Origin: Eledone cirrhosa
Lineage: Eukaryota
DNA: 64,000 nucleotides
Assembly (NCBI GenBank): GCA_964016885.1
Contig: CAXHJY010001273.1
Location: 124,001-188,000 of the forward strand
Direction: 5' to 3'
Part shown: positions 55,501 to 64,000 of the stretch, in pieces
How the letters are laid out: the number at the start of each line of letters is the position of its first letter
How positions within the stretch are numbered: the first letter of the stretch is position 1
Translations under genes and position numbers: made by a program
The notes under the pieces: model-generated
Database searches by the model: none
What the model saw: the letters and a program-made list of their open reading frames with translations, nothing else
Told to the model about the DNA's origin: nothing

Positions 55501-56310
55501 TGGAGTGTAGTGGTCAGACAACAGTGAGAGATGGAGTGTAGTGGTCAGCCAACAGTGAGAGATGGAGTGTAGTGGCCAGCCAACAGTGAGAGATGGAATG
55601 TAGTGGTCAGCCAACAGTGAGAGATGGAGTGTAGTGGTCAGCCAACAGTGAGAGATGGAGTGTAGTGGTCAGACAACAGTGGGAGATGGAGTGTAGTGGT
55701 CAGCCAACAGTGGGAGATGGAGTGTAGTGGTCAGACAACAGTGAGAGATGGAGTGTAGTGGTCAGACAACAGTGAGAGATGGAGTGTAGTGGTCAGCCAA
55801 CAGTGAGAGGTGGAGTGTAGTGGTCAGCCAACAGTGAGAGATGGAGTGTAGTGGTCAGCCAACAGTGAGAGATGGAGTGTAGTGGTCAGCCAACAGTGAG
55901 AGATGGAGTGTAGTGGTCAGCCAACAGTGAGAGATGGAGTGTAGTGGTCAGCCAACAGTGAGAGATGGAGTGTAGTGGTAAGACAACAGTGAGAGATGGA
56001 GTGTAGTGGTCAGACAACAGTGAGAGATGGAGTGTAGTGGTCAGCCAACAGTGAGAGATGGAGTGTAGTGGTCAGCCAACAGTAAGAGATGGAGTGTAGT
56101 GGTCAACCAACAGTGAGAGATGGAGTGTAGTGGTCAGCCAACAGTGAGAGATGGAGTGTAGTGGTCAGACAACAGTGAGAGATGGAGTGTAGTGGTCAGC
56201 CAACAGTAAGAGATGGAGTGTAGTGGTCAGCCAACAGTGAGAGATGGAGTGTAGTGGTCAGCCAACAGTGAGAGATGGAGTGTAGTGGTCAGCCAACAGT
56301 GAGAGATGGA
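49583..56310 (+). repeat. 31-bp satellite array, ~217 units
   Basis: Unit gtgtagtggtcagccaacagtgagagatgga. Confidence 0.97.
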
Positions 56311-56392
56311 CACACAGACACACACACACATATATATATATAAATGTCTTCTACAGAACTACAACTGTTTCATTCAAAATAAATCATTTTCT

Positions 56393-56425
<33 letters not shown>

Positions 56426-57446
56426 CATGTGTGTGAGTTTATATGCTTGTATAAATATAGAATAATCTATATAAACTATTAATCATCTTTTGCCACTCTC
56501 CTTCCACTTTACCACAAAAAACAATACCACAATCAACTCATATTCAAACTATACACTAACACATGCACTTATTGACACACACACACACATATATATATAT
56601 ATACATATATACGTATATACAATCATGCACTACATACGTACAGAGGTACGTACTTACATACATATATATATGTACATACATATACAGTATATATATAATA
56701 TAAATATTATACTCTTGATTTGGCCAGGGATGAATATTTCCAGATACTTTTTAGGTATGACTTTCCGTATTTATCCTTTGTATGAAATATTGATTGTTCT
56801 TCCGGTATCTTATCTCTGTTTTTAGCCTAAGAAAATACCTATATGCGTGTATAAATAATACATGCATATATTTATTTTTTTGTATCCAATTGAGTTCTTC
56901 GCGCATGATTAAAATTATTGAAAAAATTAATTGACCCGCGTGCATATTATTTTATTATTTTATTATTTTATGTTTTGCGATGACTTCCCCTTTCCGCTTG
57001 ATGGCAGTGTGAGATTTCTCATTGTAAGACTGCTGGAATTTCAAATTTGGTGGTCATTCTAGCACAGAGGGGTATCATCGCTGAACATTAATATCGTTAA
57101 GGTTTTTTTATATCGATATTTGTCGGGCATCCACTGATGATTTATAAGTACCCACCTACATATATTCCTACGGACTATGTGTAGGCTTCTACATAACCAG
57201 CACATTATTTTCCCAATTTGTAGAAAACTTATAATGAAACGATCGTTTGGAAAGAGAGATGTATTTTAATTATGTCTCATATAAAATAATACAACTGGCT
57301 ATCCGCAAAATACGTATAGTTAGCCCCCCAAACGTATAATTGGGATTATACTAAGGTATATCCTAATGTTTGTTGAGTGAGACGGAAGCCGGTCGGAGTA
57401 TTGCTTAAAGCTTTCTCTGTTAATGTATTAAATATATATATATATA

Positions 57447-57641
57447 AATCAAAGGAGGTGTGGTAAGGAACCAGATGGACCATAACGCACCAGAGTACTC
57501 AATACTTAGGGTAGTAGAGGGGGTAATAGGAAAAAGTTTAACCCCGACGGCAGAGCTCAAGCCGTTTCGACGGCTATTTCTGGAGTCCAGAAATAGCCGT
57601 CGAAACGGCTTGAGCTCTGCCGTCGGGGTTAAACTTTTTCC

Positions 57642-57645
<4 letters not shown>
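57447..57645 (-). mobile_element. Fold-back PLE-type tail (perfect palindrome 57526-57644) with half hammerhead
   Basis: The arms carry GAAAC-GGC..GCC-GTC, and the left extension carries the bulged hairpin. Flanked by (TA)n. Confidence 0.75.
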
Positions 57646-57695
<50 letters not shown>

Positions 57696-57781
57696 CCACT
57701 ACACGCATAAAGTCAAAAATATCGATCTATTAGGATAAGTAATTTTGTTATTTGCTATGATAATAAATATTGTGAATGAGA

Positions 57782-57816
<35 letters not shown>

Positions 57817-57821
<5 letters not shown>

Positions 57822-58008
57822 AACAAGTAAGACCCCGGCGGCTGAGCTCAAGCCGCTTCGACGGCTAATTCAGTCCAGAATTAGCCGTCGAAACGGCTTG
57901 AGCTCAGCCGTCGGGGTCTTACTTGTTCCTATTACCCACTCTACTACACTAAGTATTGAGTACTTTGGTGCGTTGTGGTCCACCTGGTTCCTTACCACAT
58001 TTCCTTCG

Positions 58009-58010
<2 letters not shown>
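57817..58010 (+). mobile_element. Second fold-back copy of the same family (palindrome 57817-57932)
   Basis: GAAAC-GGC ttgagctca GCC-GTC-gggg, hairpin at 57938-57961, (TA)n flanks. Confidence 0.75.
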
Positions 58011-58084
<74 letters not shown>

Positions 58085-58420
58085 GGAATGGGAAGAGTGA
58101 AAGGGTGTGAGAGAAAGAAAGGAAGACAGATAGATAGAGGGCAAAAAAAGAGAGAGAGAGAGGGACCGAGAAAGAGAAAGATCAAAAGATCAAGAGAGTG
58201 AGAGAGAGAGAGAAAGAGAGATCAAGAGATGTGTGTGTGTGTAAGAGAACGAGAGAGAGAGAGAGAGAGAGAATGTGTGTAAGAGAACGAGAGAGAGAGA
58301 GAGTGTGTGTGTGTATTGTAAGAGAGGGAGAGCGTCTGTGGGACATTTCTAAATTTAGCTTTTCGCTAAACAACGGTATTGTTATTGAATGATATCAGTG
58401 ATAGCGTATCTATAACACCT

Positions 58421-58483
<63 letters not shown>

Positions 58484-58770
58484 GTATATACACATTTATA
58501 CACACACACACACATATATAAATATATATTTATATACACATACATACATACATATATACACACATACATACATATATACATATATACATACATACACTAA
58601 CACATACATATATACATACATACACACACATACATATATACATACATACACACATACATATATACATACATACATAGACACGTACATACATACGTACACA
58701 CGTATACACACATACATACACACACATATACACACACATATTTATATATATATATACACACACACATACA

Positions 58771-58809
<39 letters not shown>

Positions 58810-58834
58810 GTATAACAATACTATATCTGTATTG

Positions 58835-59025
58835 TATATCCCCTCGATAGTATATCGTATATCCCCTCCATAGTATATCGTATATCCCCTCCATAGTATA
58901 TCGTATATCCCCTCCATAGTATATCGTATATCCCCTCCATAGTATATCGTATATCCCCTCCATAGTATATCGTATATCCCCTCCATAGTATATCGTATAT
59001 CCCGTCTATAGTATATCGTATATCG
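58835..59025. repeat. 23-bp minisatellite
   Basis: Unit tatcccctccatagtatatcgta, ~8 copies. Confidence 0.9.
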
Positions 59026-59196
59026 GATATTGTGAATCAATCCCTCTGATATGATATCTCCATACTATGGTATCAGCTATATCGTATCAAACGGTTGTTA
59101 AACCGATATATCTATATGTTATCAATATCAGATCTCTTTCTCTCTTTCTCTCACTCACCCATCCCCCCTCTCTCTATATATATGTATGTATATATG

Positions 59197-59234
<38 letters not shown>

Positions 59235-59269
59235 TATATAAAATAAAATAAATAAGTTTAATAAATAAT

Positions 59270-59454
59270 TGTTTCTACTTTAGGCACAAGGCCAGCAATT
59301 ACCCAGTGCATTACTGGCTCTTTATTTTATCGACCCCGTAAGGATGAAAGGCAAAGTCAACCTCGGCGGGATTTGAACTCAGATCGTAAAGGGACGTAAC
59401 TATGCTGGAAAGCATGGCGTCCGACCCTCTACCGATACTGCCAATCCACCGCCC
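59270..59454 (-). mobile_element. Full-length SINE with 17-bp target-site duplication
   Basis: Reverse complement of 34920-35110. TSD taagtttaataaataat at 59253-59269 and 59455-59471. Confidence 0.88.
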
Positions 59455-59495
59455 TAAGTTTAATAAATAATGTTTAAAATTTGGCTTCGTTTATT

Positions 59496-59550
59496 ACTGC
59501 TATATATATTTCGGTGACAGCCATCTTTGGCTGTGACCTCTTCAGGCAGT
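59496..59550 (-). ncRNA. Type I hammerhead ribozyme
   Basis: ACUGC-CUGAAGA-GGUcACAGCC aaagau GGCUGUcACC-GAAA-UAUAUA-UA^GCAGU, then AAUAAA. Confidence 0.9.
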
Positions 59551-59837
59551 TTGAATTAGTGTGGTAGAGACGAGTACACATGTTGTTGAGGTGTTTAACT
59601 TTCTCAATACTCTGATATGCTCTGATATGCTCCAATCTGCATACTGAGGTGTTGGTATACAGCCAACATATACTCAAAATTTATATATATATATAACCAA
59701 AGATTAATATGGTTCATTGATTACTCAATGAATATAGTTTTACAATAGGTTAAAAGCACTCTACAATGGTTTTCTGGAGTTATTAATATTATTTAAAATA
59801 TTAATAAATGAAGACATTCGCATAATCAAAATATATG

Positions 59838-59899
59838 TTTTGTTATATATATTTCGAAGGTACTGTGCTGTTTTTTCAGTACGTCCTCGTCAGATAAAA
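59838..59899 (-). ncRNA. Type I hammerhead ribozyme (inverted copy)
   Basis: Reverse complement of 59954-60015 with one helix I mismatch. Confidence 0.78.
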
Positions 59900-59953
59900 T
59901 ACATGAATTGATGTATGAGATACTTCAACGGTCTTGATGGTTCAATTCATGTA

Positions 59954-60015
59954 TTTTATCTGACGAGGACGTACTGAAAAAACAGCACAGTACCTTCGAA
60001 ATATATATAATAAAA
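59954..60015 (+). ncRNA. Type I hammerhead ribozyme
   Basis: UUUUAU-CUGACGA-GGAcGUACUG aaaaaacagca CAGUACcUUC-GAAA-UAUAUA-UA^AUAAAA. Confidence 0.85.
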
Positions 60016-60062
60016 CATATATTTTGATTATACGAATGTCTTCATTTATTAATATTTTGAAT

Positions 60063-60098
<36 letters not shown>

Positions 60099-60431
60099 TA
60101 ACAGATTAAAGTTTAAGCAAAGAATCGCTGCTTTCACCCTTAACGGAATCTTCTGAAACTAACAAAGTCAATCTGTAAACGCAGAACTGGATATTTCAAA
60201 AAACGTTGCAACCGGAGGAAGACAGGAAGACGATACTTTGCTTCGTGGAAACGTTCGCTGGCTAATAACGGGAAAAAAACGAATATAATACGTCATTAAT
60301 AGGAGCGGTGAAAAACAATTACGCGCAAAGACAGAACCACGTTTATGGTATAAAAGAGGTCGTAGACTAATGTTCTCTTAGGTGGTGCATAGAGACGTTC
60401 TCTGGCAATGAACGAAAATAAACGAAGATAA

Positions 60432-61195
60432 TCTTCTTATATATAAAGTGAAGATGGGCATTGTTTGGTGTTCCCAACTTGCATGCTACACCGTTCATCC
60501 AATTTTCATGAAACCTCACACATATATAAAACTCAACGCGTAGAGTGGAATAGGCTACTTGAAAATTTCGAAAAATCGATAATCGGGACCCCAGACGCCA
60601 AAAATCGATATTTTCAAAAATCGATGAAACTCGACGCAAGTGTGTATTTTGATCCGGGGATAAACGTGCGCTACATTAAATTTTCGAACAATCGATAATT
60701 GGATCACCAGAGGCAAAAAGCGATATTTACGAAATTTGTCCGATTCCAATGACTTTGCGCAAAAAACAAGGCAAAGTTGCAGATGGGATAATTTTTTACA
60801 GGAACGTCCGATTTTCGTGAAAACTGTCGCAAATGATTCGTCCATTATGCCGCGATTCAGATAAAGTCCCTTTTATTTCTTCTTCTGCACATGTGAGCGC
60901 CAAAATTGTAAAAAAAAAAAAAAATTTGAAAAAATCGACTTTTTCACCCTGCTTTAAAAATCAACTGAAATTTCAATTCCAAATTAATTTGACTTCCGTC
61001 AGACTTGCAAAGAACAATTTCAACGATACACTCTGAACCTACAATTGATCCATTATTTATGCTCAATTACACACCTGCGTATACTAACCTCTATTTTTTC
61101 CCTTGAGGTCCCTGTGATGTGCGGTAACTTTCAAACATTTTAACAACATACCAAAGGTCGACTTACACCCGGGCAACGCCGGGTACTTCTGCTAG
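60432..61195 (+). mobile_element. Non-autonomous Helitron
   Basis: A|TCTTCTTATATATAAAG ... acccgggcaacgccgggt acttctgCTAG|T. Removing it restores ataa|tacgtc, matching the empty paralogous repeat at ~60285. Confidence 0.88.
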
Positions 61196-61858
61196 TACGT
61201 CATATGGGGAGCGTGGAGAACAATAGCACGCAAAGACAAAACCACGTAAATGGTATAGCAGAAGTCGTAGACTAAATTCTAACTAGGAGACCGAATGAAT
61301 CTCCGCTACGGAGTTAAGAACAAAGTAAATAAATACAATACAGAAGTAATAGAAATAAATAAATACATACACGCAAACAAATACGTACATACACAAGCAT
61401 ACGCAAAAACTTACCATAGGTAAACAAAACCACGCACATATAAATATGTGTGTGTGTGTAAGCGTGTATACAAATAAATAAATAATTATATAAACGTATA
61501 TAAATAAATAAATACGTATATAACAAGCGCACACACATACCTACATGTCAATACACGAATGTTCGGAGACGTAAGTCAACCAAAACATGAAGTACACATA
61601 TACATACGCCCTACATACGTACGAACCTGCATACTCACACAGACGCAAAACTCCCGTATACACATAGCCGAACCATATGTACCAGAATATATAAAAAAAT
61701 TATACGCCATAACAATCAAATATACGTACGAGAAGTTATACGTACCTTCACAAAACATACGGATAATATATACTTACCTATGCAAATAAGTAAAGGTATA
61801 AACAAAACATATACTTAGCTCCCACATCGAGACGTAAAATATCCACATATAGATCGTA

Positions 61859-61999
61859 CTATCCGTTAGGGTATAACGTGGGGCTGTAATAAAGGAAAGT
61901 TTTGTGCAATTTATGTTTACAAGCCGAAATTGCCTCAGATTTTTTGTTTAAGATGTGGTCTGTGGCGTAGAGTATTTCCAGGGCCTCAGCGGCGCAGGT
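61859..61999 (-). pseudogene. PLE GIY-YIG endonuclease C-terminal remnant
   Basis: TCAAEALEILYATDHILNKKSEAISACKHKLHKTFLYYSPTLYPNG* aligns without gaps to the 11511-11648 peptide. Confidence 0.75.
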
Positions 62000-62044
62000 C
62001 TACGTTTACAGATTGACTTTATAATTAAATAATATATATATATA

Positions 62045-62178
62045 TATTATTTAATTATAAAGTGACACAACACAAAATATAACTAATGGAGTAGTTATAT
62101 TTTGTGTTGTTCACTTTCTAATTAAATAGCTCTGTTCTATACATAGAGCACTCTTTTTTTCCTTTGGAATTACGTAAA

Positions 62179-62180
<2 letters not shown>
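62045..62180 (+). mobile_element. Short fold-back PLE-type tail with bulged hairpin
   Basis: Palindrome ~62048-62128 centred on aatggag, then GCTC-tgt tctat aca-TA-GAGC (62129-62149). Confidence 0.55.
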
Positions 62181-62215
<35 letters not shown>

Positions 62216-62233
62216 AGTATATATATATATATA

Positions 62234-62334
62234 CAGGGTGTCTCAAAAAAATAAATACACGCTTTGATTACCTGTACAGGCAATAATTATTAGATTGCTG
62301 TTGAGGTGTGTATACATTTTTGGGGGACACCCTG
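62234..62334. mobile_element. Tc1/mariner-type MITE
   Basis: TIRs cagggtgtc(t/c)c..aaaaa with TA on both sides. Confidence 0.7.
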
Positions 62335-62443
62335 TATATATATTAATATATATATGTGTGTGTAATGTAACGATCGGGGCTATACTGATTATAATTCCGA
62401 AAGCCTCGTTGACACACACAAACACACACACGCACACACACAC

Positions 62444-62485
<42 letters not shown>

Positions 62486-62918
62486 GAATAATCGAGTATC
62501 GGAAAATCAGCTCACGAATTAACGATAAACAAATCCGATATGAGTGGCAGAGGGCGCAATAATTTGGATAAATCAGAGCTATAACTATCGTTAAATTACC
62601 AGCACATAAAGATTATGCCTAAAATCACCCATTTAGCCGAAAAAGAACGACCAGGAAGATTCGGGTCACTCAAATAAAATATCAATAAATCAATAATTTA
62701 AATGAATGTAAAAAACTTACCCGGACCCGCTAGAAGGGTGTTAAATCTAGCTTCTTGGGTTTCTGCAATTCCTTAATCCGTTCACTATCAGCCCACATAA
62801 AAATATATAAAACTTCTAGGGAAGGACTGGACCGGAAGAACTTTATCAACGGGTTGCGTCCGAAAATAAAGAAGTGACCTTTAGCCAGACACGCACATGG
62901 TGCCCAGCAAGGGAGATA

Positions 62919-63005
<87 letters not shown>

Positions 63006-63103
63006 TATATATATATAGTGGTAGAACACTGGAAGGTAATGTCCGTAGTGGTAGAGCACTCAGTCCATGGGACGAGTTAGGTCATGGTTATACGGGTCCT
63101 TTA

Positions 63104-63141
63104 CGAGCTGAGGATCCGCTAAGGTGAAACAATTGTTCTCG
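63104..63141 (+). ncRNA. Minimal type I hammerhead ribozyme
   Basis: CGAG-CUGAGGA-uCC gcuaa GGu-GAAA-CAAUUG-UU^CUCG. Helix III is the palindrome ACAAUUGU. It lies in a ~160-bp island between (TA)n tracts. Confidence 0.78.
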
Positions 63142-63187
63142 GTATGGTGAACTAACTGTTGTGTAAGCACTTCTATATATATATATA

Positions 63188-63425
63188 TATGAAAGACGTA
63201 AAATAAGAAAATTTTAAAAATTAAAAATCAACTTACTTACTAAAATTTTCATTCCAACTAATTAGTTTCTGTAAGGGGATAAATATAGTTACGTAATATA
63301 ACTATAGAGAATTCCTTAGTAAGTAAGTTGATTTTTAATTTTTTAAATTTTCTTATTTTACGTCTTTCATATAATTGTTCTGCATCCCCCTGCATAGAAC
63401 CACAAAGGTACTAAGACATAACATA
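63188..63425 (+). mobile_element. Fold-back PLE-type tail (arms 63188-63243 / 63317-63373)
   Basis: Minus-strand half HHR GAAA-CUAAUUAG-UU (63256-63269) and hairpin GTTC-tgca tccccc tgca-TA-GAAC (63377-63400). Confidence 0.65.
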
Positions 63426-63477
63426 TATATTTGCTAGCATGGGTGTATATCTGTACACATATGTTGGTAGATGTACT

Positions 63478-63574
<97 letters not shown>

Positions 63575-63599
63575 ACATGAAAATTGTATGTCAGAGACA

Positions 63600-63870
63600 T
63601 TGTTGAGGTCAACTTTGCTTTTTATCCTTCAGGGTAGTAGATAAAATAAAGTACCAGTTAAATACTTGGGTCGATATAATTGACTTTGCCTTTTCCCCCC
63701 AATTTGCTGGGCTTGTGCCAATGTTAAAAATAACTATTTGATCAATGGATTGGCAGAGTCGGTAGAGCGCCGGATGATATACCTTATTGTATTGGTTTAT
63801 GCTCGTTAAGTTCTTGGTTCAAGTCCTACCGAAGTCACCTTTGTCTTTCTGTCTGCCGAGGTCGATATAG
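63600..63870 (+). mobile_element. Two degenerate SINE copies (family of 34920-35118)
   Basis: gaggtcaactttgct..ataaaataaagtaccag core; tggcagagtcgg A-box and ggttcaagtcc B-box. Confidence 0.7.
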
Positions 63871-63917
63871 AGAACTGGCAGTCTCGTGAGAGTGGGACGA
63901 CAGACTTCAGAGAGAGA

Positions 63918-63918
63918 C

Positions 63919-63960
<42 letters not shown>

Positions 63961-63965
63961 GGATG

Positions 63966-64000
<35 letters not shown>
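63918..64000. repeat. (GATA)n microsatellite
   Basis: Directly visible. Confidence 0.95.

Larger units (their letters stand above)
59695..60065 (-). mobile_element. Fold-back PLE-type element (arms ~59787-59911 / 59942-60064), related to 17043-17482
   Basis: Inverted arms with HHRs. Shares tattttatctgacga and the actccag..tgtagagtgct hairpin with the 17-kb element. Confidence 0.8.
60092..62020 (-). mobile_element. 3' portion of a second PLE family (GIY-YIG end plus long UTR), interrupted by a Helitron
   Basis: GIY-YIG remnant at 61859-61999. A short inverted tip at 62003-62020 matches 60163-60181. The 3' end lies in (TA)n. Confidence 0.7.

Noticed and set aside
48060-56310. CRISPR-like appearance of the 31- and 48-bp repeats
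   Set aside because: No unique spacers and no cas genes; eukaryotic satellite.
57133-57160. CTGATGA core-like heptamer (also at 23161-23167 on the minus strand)
   Set aside because: No properly spaced helix II/GAAA or helix I.

Overview
This is repeat-dominated eukaryotic DNA. The microsatellite load and the SINE/LINE repertoire suggest a cephalopod (octopus-like) genome; that is an inference. I found no host protein-coding exon that I can support, and most ORFs in the track are microsatellite artefacts. Recognisable mobile elements are: a nearly full-length Tx1-clade LINE (minus strand, ~1241-7050) plus three 3' fragments in (GATA)n DNA; a 5'-truncated Dong/R4-type RLE LINE between (TAA)n tracts (28918-31668); two non-autonomous Helitrons; a Tc1/mariner-type MITE; many tRNA-derived SINEs; and 23/31/48/80-84 bp minisatellites. 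The main hidden signal is a dense set of (TA)n-inserted fold-back elements of Penelope-like (PLE) type. They carry 14 complete type I hammerhead ribozyme (HHR) motifs from about 7 sequence families, plus several half or variant motifs. Highlights: (1) a retrozyme-like tandem array of a non-coding 466-bp unit with one minimal HHR per unit (18934-21259); (2) an HHR with a compensatory U3-A8 core in 1-kb inverted repeats (13275-16998); (3) two PLE GIY-YIG C-terminal remnants; (4) a covarying bulged hairpin found nine times at the 3' ends of otherwise dissimilar families; (5) an unexplained ORF-carrying fold-back element (21608-23925). All RNA folds were made by eye, and ribozyme activity is untested.
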